The notes under the pieces: generated by a model
Told to the model about the DNA's origin: nothing
The model's input: only the letters and a program-made list of their open reading frames with translations
Database searches by the model: none
Made by a program: the position numbers and the translations under genes
Shown: positions 38,182 to 47,251 of the stretch, in pieces
How the letters are laid out: each line of letters starts with the position of its first letter
Numbering within the stretch: the first letter of the stretch is position 1
Assembly (NCBI GenBank): GCA_964582295.1
Contig: CAZOQP010000002.1
Coordinates: 82,268-146,267, forward strand
Reading direction: 5' to 3'
Length of the DNA stretch: 64,000 nucleotides
Origin: an uncultured Candidatus Saccharibacteria bacterium
GTDB taxonomy: Bacteria; Patescibacteriota; Minisyncoccia; Phycocordibacterales; Zambryskibacteraceae

Positions 38182-38469
38182 ATTGCCATCGGAATCGGTT
38201 ATGTATAAAGCACCTCCCGCGCCACTACCCATAAGAGAGCACCAGGCTCAATCCACAGGCTGTATCGAATGCCGCATCGTAATGCGATAGTGCTCTATAC
38301 CAAGTATCTTCATTTTTTGAAGAGTCTACATAAGCCCTCCGTCTGAAACCGTAGTCTCAGGCGCTCTCAGCTTATGGATACTGGGGTCGGTAGCGGGACA
38401 CCGTAGCCTCCCGCATATTCACCTACTGCCGTTGCTTATCTTAATTGAAATTTTTTACAAAAGGAAAGC

Positions 38470-38490
38470 CCGAGCGAAGTGCTCGGGCCG
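38470..38490 (-). other. GC hairpin gcccgag-cgaagtg-ctcgggc ~100 nt downstream of the VR (candidate DGR cruciform/homing element)
   Basis: 7-bp GC stem. Its position downstream of the VR is analogous to the hairpin required for retrohoming in the Bordetella phage DGR. Confidence 0.3.
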
Positions 38491-38587
38491 GAGTTTGGGA
38501 CACGCTGTTCTCCAGAGCGTGATGGGCGCGGGGCCCAAGGGCAAAGGTCAAAGGATCTAAAAGACCCAAGTGACCAAGTGCTAAGAA

Positions 38588-39253
38588 CTACTCTTGCGGG
38601 GCGAGGAACACGAAACCGTACTCACGACCCCACCTGTCGTCGGAGTAGCCGAAGTAGGCGTCGAGCCACCGGCCCGCGTCGACGCGGAGGAGACCGAGAA
38701 CGATCGGAGGGCCATCGGAATCGGTGATCGGCTCGTGCATCACGATGAGCCAGTAAAGTCCCATCGCGGCGATCTCTTCGTCGGAGACAGACTTCCGCAA
38801 CAGCCGAGCGAGTTCGGCTGTCGGCGTGATGAGCCCCATCTCCTCGGCAACCTTGCGGATGTTCGAGGTGACGCGCTCGTCGTCGGTGAAGCACTCACCT
38901 TTGAGCACCACAGGCTTGTAGGTCACGCCATTGCTGACGACGTAGGACTTCTGCTTCATCACGTCCTTGGCCCAGTCGCCCACGTTGTAGCGGGCCTTCT
39001 CGAGGTCCTTGATGCCGTCCTTACCGGAGACACCGTCGGAGACCACGAGATTGAGCGCCACCGGCGTGATGACATTCTTCTCCGGGGCCTTCGGCTCGAC
39101 CATCTTGATCTCGGCGCGTCCTTCGAGGAGCGCCTTAACCGACGTGAGCCGCCCCCGGGAGGTCAGTGCCTTGAGCTGGTCGGCCGTGAAGCCGTCCGCC
39201 TCGAAAGCGTCTGCCAGTTCGTTCATCTGTCCGATCGTGTAGAGTGAGGACAT
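38588..39253 (-). CDS. DGR target (variable) protein; C-terminal variable region, likely C-type-lectin/FGE-like fold
   Basis: C-terminal ITDSDGPPIVLGLLRVDAGRWLDAYFGYSDDRWGREYGFVFLAPQE corresponds to the TR. The gene is conspicuously GC-rich compared with its flanks. Start taken at MSSLYT (ORF track starts at 39313). Confidence 0.8.
   Translation of the reverse strand: MSSLYTIGQMNELADAFEADGFTADQLKALTSRGRLTSVKALLEGRAEIKMVEPKAPEKNVITPVALNLVVSDGVSGKDGIKDLEKARYNVGDWAKDVMKQKSYVVSNGVTYKPVVLKGECFTDDERVTSNIRKVAEEMGLITPTAELARLLRKSVSDEEIAAMGLYWLIVMHEPITDSDGPPIVLGLLRVDAGRWLDAYFGYSDDRWGREYGFVFLAPQE
38593..38728 (-). repeat. DGR variable repeat (VR) at the 3' end of the target gene
   Basis: See TR. The VR ends at the target stop codon (38588..38590). 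Confidence 0.8.
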
Positions 39254-39422
39254 CGTCCCCTCCTTGGCACATCGTGCCTGTTTGTGATTAACGATTGCTG
39301 GGCCCCTTGCCACAGCGGAGAAAGCCCATTTAAGGCTCTTTCCGCTATGGCAAGTAAGAGTAGTTATTACAAAGATCTACTATTGTTAGTATAGCACCTT
39401 TTGGCTTTTCTGTCAAGGACTG

Positions 39423-39788
39423 TTAATCGAAGGGGGTAGAAATTCCTGCTGCGCGTCCTACTTCAAAAATCACCCTCGCTTCTAGTTGTCTTACCCGGTT
39501 GCCGCTTATGCCTCCAAAGTTCTTACCAGTCTCCGCAAGTGTATGTCGGACACCATCTTTTAATCCGTTTCGGAACTCAAACATCTCACAATACCTCTCC
39601 TTAAGTTTTAAGAGGTGCTTTAACTCTTTATAGGGCTGGATGAATGCCTCGGCGACCGGCTTTCTCATAGTTTGATTATAACCCTTGTCAAAGGTATAGG
39701 CGAGTGTTAATCTACTCCTGCGCGGAAATTTTGGCTCTAAGCGGAAATTCTGTTTTTGCTCTGAAATATCCCATATTACCAATGACAA
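39423..39788 (-). CDS. hypothetical protein
   Basis: 121-aa ORF with no motif recognised. Confidence 0.35.
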   Translation of the reverse strand: MSLVIWDISEQKQNFRLEPKFPRRSRLTLAYTFDKGYNQTMRKPVAEAFIQPYKELKHLLKLKERYCEMFEFRNGLKDGVRHTLAETGKNFGGISGNRVRQLEARVIFEVGRAAGISTPFD

Positions 39789-40663
39789 ATACCTATATGA
39801 TGAAAATAAAACCGCTCTTTAGGGACCTCCCTATTGAGCACGTGGAACGCGACCCAGACCAGCCGCGCCGAGATTTCGGAGTTGGCGGAGACCAGAACAG
39901 GCTCCTGAAGTCTATAGAGACTTATGGCATTGAAGAACCTATTAAGGTGAGTGAGGTTGAGAAGGATCGGTATGTGATTGTCGATGGGCATCGTAGATAT
40001 ATTTGCGCCCAGAGATTAGATTTAAAGACCATCCCCTGCCGAATCTATCCAAAGATGACTGATGGAGAGCTTGAGGCTCGAAGATATGAAATACAGAACA
40101 ACCGAAGAAATTGGAAACCTATGGAGAAATCCAACTCCCTCCATAGAATCAAAACCAAGTTTGGTTTGAATACCAATAGAGAGCTTGCGGATGTTTTAGG
40201 TCTCTCGATTACCATTATTGCTAACTCTCTTCAGATTAGAGATGTAAAAGTAGATTATGTAGAGCTGATGGAAAAGTATGGCCTCTCACAAAGCAATCGC
40301 ACTGAGTTTATCCGTCTCAAGAATAAGCTAAGAAAAATAAAGGACCTAGAAATCGACGACATAGTTCAGATCATTTTTGAAAAGACTCAGAACAATGTTA
40401 TCCGAAATGCTAAGGACTTTCGCAAGTTGGGCAAAATTTTCTTGAGAGCTACTGCCAATGAAAAGGAGCTCTACGCCTTTCTTACCGATCCGGATATGAC
40501 TATCGATGAGCTAGATCAGAGGACCATTCAGTCCGGCTTTTCACTCCTTGTCGAACAAGCAATCCAGGCCATAGCTTCAAAGCGTAAGGATGGAATCGCA
40601 TTCAGTTCAAAGGAAAAGACTCTTCTTACTCAGCTTCGTAATCTCCTACAAAAGGCATTCTAG
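39782..40663 (+). CDS. ParB-like nuclease (ParB/Srx) domain protein
   Basis: IEHVERDPDQPRRDFG...LLKSIETYGIEEPIKV...YVIVDGHRRYICAQRL is a ParB N-terminal domain. Start uncertain; alternative ATGs at 39704 and 39794. Confidence 0.6.
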   Translation: MTNTYMMKIKPLFRDLPIEHVERDPDQPRRDFGVGGDQNRLLKSIETYGIEEPIKVSEVEKDRYVIVDGHRRYICAQRLDLKTIPCRIYPKMTDGELEARRYEIQNNRRNWKPMEKSNSLHRIKTKFGLNTNRELADVLGLSITIIANSLQIRDVKVDYVELMEKYGLSQSNRTEFIRLKNKLRKIKDLEIDDIVQIIFEKTQNNVIRNAKDFRKLGKIFLRATANEKELYAFLTDPDMTIDELDQRTIQSGFSLLVEQAIQAIASKRKDGIAFSSKEKTLLTQLRNLLQKAF

Positions 40664-40666
40664 TTT

Positions 40667-42007
40667 ATGTTGTCTATTAGCCAGGCTCGGACTCGAAAAG
40701 CAGTAGCATATTACCGACATTCAGCGGAAGACAAACAAGAAAACTCGGTTGGTATTCAACGTGGGCACGCAGAGAAATTTGCTAAGCAGTTTCAAATTGA
40801 AATAATCCACGAGGAAGCTGACGAGGGTAAAAGTGGCCTTCTCTCAAACAGGCCTGGATTCGAGAAGCTTTTTAACGATTGGATATTAAATGATACTGCT
40901 CCCGAATTTGAGTATGTGCTTGTTTATGACGTATCTCGGTGGGGCCGTTTCCAAGATCAGGATGAAGCTGCCTACTACGAGTTCAGATGTAAGCAAATGG
41001 GCAAAAAGGTCATCTATGTGTCCCGAGGCTTCCCCAAGGAGGAACAACAGCTTATAAGCCACCTACAGACCTCTATAGAGCGTTATATGGCGGCTGAATA
41101 CTCTCGTCAGCTCAGCGATAAGGTCTTTTACGGCTGCGTAAAGGTATCCGAACAGGGATACTCTGCCGGTGGCACTCCCTGCTATGGTATGGCCAGACTA
41201 CTCTTAGATGTAAATAAAAAGCCTATCCGCATACTTAAGAAAGGAGAGCATAAGCAGATTGCCAATGAGCGCGTAACATTTACCCCACTCAATGACAGCT
41301 CTACCAAGGCTATTCAAAAGATGTTTAGGCTTCTGGTGGAGGACTGGTATGACCCGAGCGAAATAGCCAGAGTGCTTAACGAAGAGAAGATTCTTTCAGC
41401 AAATGGTGGAAAATGGACTAGGGATAAAATAATTAAAATACTCACCAATGAGACCTACACTGGTGCCCGCATCTACAACAAAACCTGGCATAGACTTAAG
41501 CAGAAAATGAGACGTAATCCCCGCTCTGAGTGGGTCATCTCTGAAAATGCTTTTCCTGCCGTAGTTAAGCGAGAGATGTTTATCAAAGCCCAGGAGCATC
41601 TCTACTGGCTTATGCCTTCTAAGTGGAAGAGGGGTATCTACACAATCAGGAAGATAAATACTCTCTTTAAGGCAGAGACTCAAGACATTCTTCTGAAGAA
41701 GCAGATTGATGAGGATACTATCTACCACCTGATGAATGAACTACCACTCCTTTTCTGTGTGAGATTTTATCGAGACTCAGTGCCGCATTGGTGCTTTATT
41801 ATTCCTGAAAGAGTAAGAAACTTCGAGAAGGTGCTTGGGGTTAGCGTAAGCATCGACACCTTTGATCCCATCGAAAGAATATTCCTCATCCCAAGTTCTG
41901 ACTTCAACGAAGTAAACTGCCTTGTCTTTTCTGAAAGTGATCCTTGCTTTAAAGATTACATCATCGAGCGAGAGAATGTTAGGGACACGCTTTCAGCAAT
42001 CGTCTAG
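40667..42007 (+). CDS. large serine recombinase
   Basis: AVAYYRHSAEDKQENSVGIQR...LVYDVSRWGR resolvase catalytic domain plus a recombinase domain. Confidence 0.8.
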   Translation: MLSISQARTRKAVAYYRHSAEDKQENSVGIQRGHAEKFAKQFQIEIIHEEADEGKSGLLSNRPGFEKLFNDWILNDTAPEFEYVLVYDVSRWGRFQDQDEAAYYEFRCKQMGKKVIYVSRGFPKEEQQLISHLQTSIERYMAAEYSRQLSDKVFYGCVKVSEQGYSAGGTPCYGMARLLLDVNKKPIRILKKGEHKQIANERVTFTPLNDSSTKAIQKMFRLLVEDWYDPSEIARVLNEEKILSANGGKWTRDKIIKILTNETYTGARIYNKTWHRLKQKMRRNPRSEWVISENAFPAVVKREMFIKAQEHLYWLMPSKWKRGIYTIRKINTLFKAETQDILLKKQIDEDTIYHLMNELPLLFCVRFYRDSVPHWCFIIPERVRNFEKVLGVSVSIDTFDPIERIFLIPSSDFNEVNCLVFSESDPCFKDYIIERENVRDTLSAIV

Positions 42008-42238
42008 GGCTCTCCAAGTTTTACCTCTGTTTGATATTCCTCCAATCAGGTAAAGGGAGTTTGATTACGAAGGAGAATGGGATAAGTTTGCTCTGCTCTG
42101 ACCAGGTGGCGTGTCTTATTGTGTTCAGACTATGCCTATACTTAATTTCATTCCGAAATAATAGCTTAATTAAGCTATTTTACGAGCGGTTTTATTTTAC
42201 TCCGGTTTTATTTGAACCAGCCCTTTGGGTAATTATGT

Positions 42239-42634
42239 CTAGTTAAATTGCACTTGAAAACTGTACATCCCCATACTGCAAACCCCCCGAAGCGGCTCCC
42301 CCGCTTTTGGCACACCAAGATCAATGATCTCTTCTCCTCTTTGAGCCAGAACCTTTTTAAAACCAATCGAACGGATCACGAGTGCTGCCGAACAGTCGTA
42401 AGTGCCGTTTGTTTTGATTACGAGTTTCGTGGGGATACCGGCCTGTGCTTCAGATACTTTCGGCCAATATCCGCCTTTTGCATCTACCGTAATGTATTGA
42501 ACGCCATCCTTTATTTCTATATTCTGCACATCCCCATCTCCAGGCCCGCCGTTCTTTGATAGTAAAGCACCAAAAAATATGAGCCCTGAACCGAGAACAA
42601 CTGCGGATATAATGATTGAAGCGGTTTTACTCAT
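42239..42634 (-). CDS. cupredoxin-like small secreted protein (copper operon)
   Basis: N-terminal TM/signal. C-terminal CSAALV...CSMGMYSFQV resembles a cupredoxin-type metal site. Start taken at MSKTASII. Confidence 0.4.
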   Translation of the reverse strand: MSKTASIIISAVVLGSGLIFFGALLSKNGGPGDGDVQNIEIKDGVQYITVDAKGGYWPKVSEAQAGIPTKLVIKTNGTYDCSAALVIRSIGFKKVLAQRGEEIIDLGVPKAGEPLRGVCSMGMYSFQVQFN

Positions 42635-42641
42635 ATTGCAA

Positions 42642-43649
42642 TTATATGTTGAATAAGGGGTTAATAATGCCAAGTCCCGCAAGACCGGCGAGAAGCGCGA
42701 ATATTCCGAGACCTACCACCACAACACCTGCTGATTTAAAGAACAAGGGTGCATGTTTTGAGTGAGCGAATGAAGCGGACCCGAAGGAAAGGAGTACAAG
42801 CATCGGCAAAGTTCCCAGTGCAAATGCGAACATGATCAAGAATCCTGAAAGAAACGAACCGCTTGAAAGAGCGGCTACCTGCATTGATTGCGTAAAGCCG
42901 CACGGCAGGAAAAATGTCCCAAAACCAATGATGAGAGGCGTGAGTGTCTTATGTTCTATCTTTCTGAAGAAATCAAAAATTCCCGATGGCAGCGCAATTT
43001 TATTTTTCGCAAACACTCCGAGTAAATTCAAACCGAGGAAGAGCATCACCACGGAGGCCAGAAGCCCTAGGATGGCTGAAAATGTAAAGCTTATACCTAT
43101 TGCATTGCCGATGAGCCCAAGCACCCCGCCGAGCACAGCGAAGCTCACCAATCTTCCAGTGTGAAAAAGCAGAAAAGTTTTGGTATCGCTTACATTATCC
43201 TGAGATATTTTTGCCGAAAGCGAGAGCACCAGCCCACCAACTATCGCGAGACAGCTTGAAACCGAGGCGATGAGTCCTATCAAAAAACTTGTAGCGGGCG
43301 TCGTCGCCCCACCCAGGCCCAAATTCAAAATACCCGACTTTTGTAAAAGAAAGAACAGAGCAAGGAATCCAAGTCCGATCGGGACGGCCTGCCAAATAAC
43401 ATTATTGTTTTGCTTTTCCGAAGCAAGTTTTTCTACCGACAAGGTGTAGCCGTTCTGCCTAATCTTTTCAGTGAGGATATGGGCGAGCTCCTCCGGGTTC
43501 TTTTCGCTATCAGTAATGATATCAACAGTTTCCCCCTTCAGGTCCACCAGTGCACTTTTTACAAAACTCTCTCCATTTAGAACATTCTCTATCAGCATCT
43601 TGCATGATGCGCAGTGAGTTCCTGAAACATGGAATGTGTATGTTTTCAT
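42642..43649 (-). CDS. HMA domain fused to a CcdA/DsbD-like polytopic permease
   Basis: N-terminal GTHCASC (MxCxxC HMA). Membrane part has Cys in two TM segments (SSCLAIVGG, FLPCGF). Confidence 0.5.
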   Translation of the reverse strand: MKTYTFHVSGTHCASCKMLIENVLNGESFVKSALVDLKGETVDIITDSEKNPEELAHILTEKIRQNGYTLSVEKLASEKQNNNVIWQAVPIGLGFLALFFLLQKSGILNLGLGGATTPATSFLIGLIASVSSCLAIVGGLVLSLSAKISQDNVSDTKTFLLFHTGRLVSFAVLGGVLGLIGNAIGISFTFSAILGLLASVVMLFLGLNLLGVFAKNKIALPSGIFDFFRKIEHKTLTPLIIGFGTFFLPCGFTQSMQVAALSSGSFLSGFLIMFAFALGTLPMLVLLSFGSASFAHSKHAPLFFKSAGVVVVGLGIFALLAGLAGLGIINPLFNI

Positions 43650-43702
43650 ATTATTTTATTTATAGTGATTTATGGTGAGTCTGTCGAACCAGCGCAGTCG
43701 AA

Positions 43703-46000
43703 CTATAGCTTCATAGCTTTGATCCTAAGCGAATTAGAAACGACAGAAACACTCGAGAATGCCATTGCGAGACCCGCGAATACCGGGTTCAGGAGCCAGC
43801 CGAAGATCGGATAAAACACTCCGGCCGCAAGAGGAATACCTAGAACATTGTAGATAAACGCCCAAAATAGATTTTGTTTGATGCCACGCATAGTCATTTT
43901 TGAAAGCTTGATGGCTTTCACTAGCTTTGAAATGTCTCCGCCGAGAAGTGTGATACCTGCTGATTCAATGGCTACGTCCGTACCGGTGCCCATAGCAATG
44001 CCGATGTCCGCCTGTGCGAGTGCTGGCGCGTCGTTCACTCCGTCGCCCGCCATGGCCACCACATTGCCTTGGGATTGCAACTCTTTTATTTTCTTGAGCT
44101 TATCCTCGGGCAACACATGGGCGACCACTTCATCAATACCTACAAGCGACGCCATGTATTTTGCCGCCTTCTCATCGTCTCCTGTAAGCATGACAACTTT
44201 TATTCCGAGCTTATGAAGGTCTTTTACCGCCTGTTTTGATTCAGTTTTTATTTCATCAGCGACCATAACAAATCCAAGGACTTTTTCTTTTGTTGCAAGA
44301 ATGACCGGTGTTTTTCCTTGTGCTGTAAATTTTTCTATCTGAGAAGTGTCAAACGTCACACCGAGTTCCTTCATGAGCTTCGCATTGCCCGCATAATATT
44401 CGACACCTCCAATCGTTCCTTTGATCCCCCTGCCCTGAAGACCTTCAAAATCCGAAATATTTTCTATTTTCATCTGTCCATCTGTCATCCCAGGTTCTTC
44501 CACATAGTTCACGATCGCATGAGCAATGGGATGCTCCGATTTCTTTTCGAGCGATGCGAGGATGGAAACCAGTTCCCTATTGTCCATATCGGAGAGGTTT
44601 TGTATATCAACGAGCGTCGGTTTGCCAATGGTTATAGTTCCTGTCTTGTCGACGATAACTGTGTTCACTTTATGAAGTTTCTCTAATGTGGCTGCATCTT
44701 TTATGAGTATCCCTTCTTTTGCTCCTTTGCCCACCCCCACAATGATCGCTGTAGGTGTGGCCAAGCCGAGTGCACACGGGCAGGCAATAACGAGAACTCC
44801 GACGAACGAGACGAGGCCAAAAGAAAGCGCCTGCGAAAATCCGAATGAGCTTGTGCCAAGCAAAAGCCATACTCCCAACGCGAGAAATGCGATGATAAGT
44901 GTGATAGGTACGAAGACGCTTGATATTTTATCTGCAAGTGCCTGTATCGGAGCTTTGCTTCCTTGCGCCTCTTCCACCATTTTTATGATCTGAGCAAGCA
45001 ATGTTTCCGAGCCGACTTTTGTGGCCTCAAACGTGAACGTGCCGCTTGTGTTTATCGTACCCGCGACAACGCTGTCGCCGACCTTCTTCTGTGTCGGCAT
45101 CGGCTCACCTGTAACCATTGATTCATCTACGAATGACTCCCCGTCGGCTATCACTCCGTCGACGGGGATCTTTGCTCCCGGCTTTATGATGATAAGGTCC
45201 CCGTGTTTTACTTCACTCACTGAAATTTCTATTTCTTTGCCCTCGCGAATAACAAGCGCGATTTTTGCCTGAAGATTCAGGAGCTTCTCAATTGCATCCC
45301 CGGTCTTTATCTTTGAGCGGGCTTCCAGATATTTCCCGAGTGCGATGAATGCAATGACGATTATCGTTACGTCGTAGTAAGTATTTTCCACATTTATAAA
45401 TGGTTTGAGTACATCCTCAAATGCCGTAACGGCAAAGCTGTAAAGAAACGCTGACGCCGTGCCGATACCAATGAGTGTGTCCATATTCGCCTTGCCATAA
45501 CGAAGGAAGCGGTAAAAGCCGAGAAGGTATGGTTTACCCACTACAAAAAGCATATATGTCGCCATGATTGGCAGGAGGTGATGGAAAAACTCCTCCGTGG
45601 TAATACCTATTTCTGGAACTACTCCGTATTTGGCCAGAATCTCCCACCCCATGACAAAAAAGCTGATGATGGCGAGAGGGATCGCTGAGATAACTTTCAC
45701 TCTCATGTCAGCTACTTCAGCAAGTTTTTCCTGTTTTGATTGATTGAGCCCGAGATGTGCCGCATGTTCATCGGCAGACATACCCATTTCGCTTGCACTG
45801 AGAGAATATCCGAGTGGCTCCAGCTTTTTGTTAAAATGTTCCTGGCTTGTCTTGGATTCGTCGAAAGTTATCCTAGCTTTTTCCGTTCCATTATTGACGG
45901 AGATATCATCCACACCGTCAATCTTTTTTACCGTCCTTTCCACAATGGAAGCGCACGAGGCGCAGTGCATTCCTTTTACCCTGTAGTGTGCGCTTTTCAT
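43703..46000 (-). CDS. copA: copper-translocating P1B-type ATPase
   Basis: N-terminal [14 protein letters not shown] ([12 protein letters not shown]), DKTGTIT, and [10 protein letters not shown]. Start taken at MKSAHYRV. Confidence 0.9.
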   Translation of the reverse strand: MKSAHYRVKGMHCASCASIVERTVKKIDGVDDISVNNGTEKARITFDESKTSQEHFNKKLEPLGYSLSASEMGMSADEHAAHLGLNQSKQEKLAEVADMRVKVISAIPLAIISFFVMGWEILAKYGVVPEIGITTEEFFHHLLPIMATYMLFVVGKPYLLGFYRFLRYGKANMDTLIGIGTASAFLYSFAVTAFEDVLKPFINVENTYYDVTIIVIAFIALGKYLEARSKIKTGDAIEKLLNLQAKIALVIREGKEIEISVSEVKHGDLIIIKPGAKIPVDGVIADGESFVDESMVTGEPMPTQKKVGDSVVAGTINTSGTFTFEATKVGSETLLAQIIKMVEEAQGSKAPIQALADKISSVFVPITLIIAFLALGVWLLLGTSSFGFSQALSFGLVSFVGVLVIACPCALGLATPTAIIVGVGKGAKEGILIKDAATLEKLHKVNTVIVDKTGTITIGKPTLVDIQNLSDMDNRELVSILASLEKKSEHPIAHAIVNYVEEPGMTDGQMKIENISDFEGLQGRGIKGTIGGVEYYAGNAKLMKELGVTFDTSQIEKFTAQGKTPVILATKEKVLGFVMVADEIKTESKQAVKDLHKLGIKVVMLTGDDEKAAKYMASLVGIDEVVAHVLPEDKLKKIKELQSQGNVVAMAGDGVNDAPALAQADIGIAMGTGTDVAIESAGITLLGGDISKLVKAIKLSKMTMRGIKQNLFWAFIYNVLGIPLAAGVFYPIFGWLLNPVFAGLAMAFSSVSVVSNSLRIKAMKL

Positions 46001-46001
46001 A

Positions 46002-46268
46002 TTATTTGGACTTAAGCTTATAAATTTTAAGGATCTCGCCCGTCGCCTTCTTCTCATCTCCATGTTTCATCTGGTGCATTACATGAGTTTCCAAATGATT
46101 CTGCAGGATAAGACTCCCGACGCCTGAGAGTGCTTCTCTGGCCGCTTCTATCTGGGTAATTATGTCAACACAATACTTTTCTCCGTCCACCATTTCCTCA
46201 ATACCCCTGACCTGTCCGGCAATGATAGCCAACCGGCGCTTTGAGTTTTTCTGTATATCTTTTCTCAT
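46002..46268 (-). CDS. csoR: CsoR/RcnR-family copper-sensing repressor
   Basis: [35 protein letters not shown] is the DUF156/CsoR signature, with conserved Cys and His. Confidence 0.8.
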   Translation of the reverse strand: MRKDIQKNSKRRLAIIAGQVRGIEEMVDGEKYCVDIITQIEAAREALSGVGSLILQNHLETHVMHQMKHGDEKKATGEILKIYKLKSK

Positions 46269-46274
46269 GACTTC

Positions 46275-46302
46275 AATATACCCCCCCAGGGTATACTGTC
46301 AA
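46275..46302 (-). promoter_or_regulatory. csoR promoter with candidate CsoR operator in the spacer
   Basis: Minus strand reads cTTGACAgtataccctgggggggTATATTgaagtcATG. The GC palindrome ATACCC..GGGTAT between -35 and -10 resembles known CsoR operators. The mRNA is nearly leaderless. Confidence 0.5.
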
Positions 46303-46394
46303 GTAAAGATAGTGGACAAAAGCACTTGACTTTTTCATATATCCTGTTATATAATAGGGATGGAACCCAACAACTAACCTCAGAGGTGATACCA

Positions 46395-46526
46395 ATGTCA
46401 CAGGATGCACAGTCCGTCATCAACAGCTTACCTACCCCGCAGAAGAATGCGGATGAAGCCCGTGACCGCGCCCTTGAGCAGAAAAAGAAGCGCGACACGC
46501 AATCAAAACCGCCATCAGAAACTTGA
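46395..46526 (+). CDS. small hypothetical protein (43 aa)
   Basis: ATG preceded by a gaggtga RBS and a TTGACT-17-TATAAT promoter (~46326..46354). Followed by a terminator. Confidence 0.3.
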   Translation: MSQDAQSVINSLPTPQKNADEARDRALEQKKKRDTQSKPPSET

Positions 46527-46540
46527 TGGCGGTTTTCGTT
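46504..46540. terminator. bidirectional hairpin aaaccgccatcagaaacttgatggcggtttt
   Basis: 11-bp stem with a T run. Lies between convergent genes. Confidence 0.45.
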
Positions 46541-46544
46541 TTGA

Positions 46545-47126
46545 TTATTTTGCTTTGCGGCCTAGGCGATATACTTTTCTTTTCATGCGTTCGCGGCGCC
46601 ACATTCCGAAGTGTTTCAAGTACCCGAATTTATATACACGAATAGGGCCGAGGCCGGAAAACCAGAGTATCCCCTTTTTTAATTCGTTCGTGGTATCACC
46701 GAACACCAGCCATTGAATGGTCGGGGCAGTATCTGATGTGATGAACATTGCGGCACTTTTTCCTTTCAGGAGTTTTTTCCAAAAATTTCCTCCTGCGGTG
46801 AAATTGTACGCAAAGCCAGGCAACCACACGCGGTCAAAAAGCCCCTTCAAAAGGGCCGGCATAGTGGACCACCAGGATGGATAGAGGATCACGAAGTGGT
46901 CGCACCAGCGCACATTTTCCTGGAACATTAGAAGGTCCGGCTCAAGCTCCTGAACTTTTTTGTATCCGAAGTGAAGAATGGGATCAAACTGCATGTCGCC
47001 TATATTCTGCCGACGTACCTCGTGGCCAGCTTCGTTCGCTCCCCTTTCGTATTCGCTGGCGAGTGTACCGTTAAGAGTATCCTTGTCCGGATGCCCGAGG
47101 AGAATAAAAATTTTCTTCTTTCGCAT
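46545..47126 (-). CDS. flavodoxin-like NAD(P)H dehydrogenase (quinone) family protein
   Basis: KIFILLGHPDKDTLNGTLASEY...VILYPSWWSTMPALLKGLFDRV is a Flavodoxin_2/MdaB-like motif. Confidence 0.65.
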   Translation of the reverse strand: MRKKKIFILLGHPDKDTLNGTLASEYERGANEAGHEVRRQNIGDMQFDPILHFGYKKVQELEPDLLMFQENVRWCDHFVILYPSWWSTMPALLKGLFDRVWLPGFAYNFTAGGNFWKKLLKGKSAAMFITSDTAPTIQWLVFGDTTNELKKGILWFSGLGPIRVYKFGYLKHFGMWRRERMKRKVYRLGRKAK

Positions 47127-47251
47127 ATGTGTTCCATTAATTATACCTCTTCTCCTCTATCCACACCCATGAGCTTGCCGCCCCTCACTTCGTGTGGCGG
47201 CGTTATAATAAATACCGGTCGAAATAAAATTGAATTGACACGAACACATAT

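Larger units (their letters stand above)
25544..42007. mobile_element. putative integrated element (~16.5 kb) bounded by two outward-facing large serine recombinase genes
   Basis: Recombinase (25544..27190, -) plus an excisionase-like HTH at the left end. ParB-like gene plus recombinase (40667..42007, +) at the right end. Mostly hypothetical cargo, including a DUF3800 gene and a DGR. The left recombinase overlaps the ychF 5' end by 68 nt. Confidence 0.45.

Noticed and set aside
37963-38232. 89-aa minus-strand ORF.
   Set aside because: It is the reading frame of the DGR template repeat, Asn-rich and near-identical to the target C-terminus. The TR is not expected to be a translated gene.
39782-42007. 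ParB-like gene plus serine recombinase as a chromosome or plasmid partition system (parAB).
   Set aside because: No ParA ATPase is adjacent. The second gene is a serine recombinase rather than a Walker-type ATPase. It is treated as a mobile-element border module.
46326-46394. Longer 66-aa form of the small plus-strand ORF (track start 46326).
   Set aside because: Its first codons overlap the -35/-10 of the predicted TTGACT-17-TATAAT promoter. The internal ATG at 46395 has an RBS, so only the 43-aa form is plausible, and even that is low confidence.
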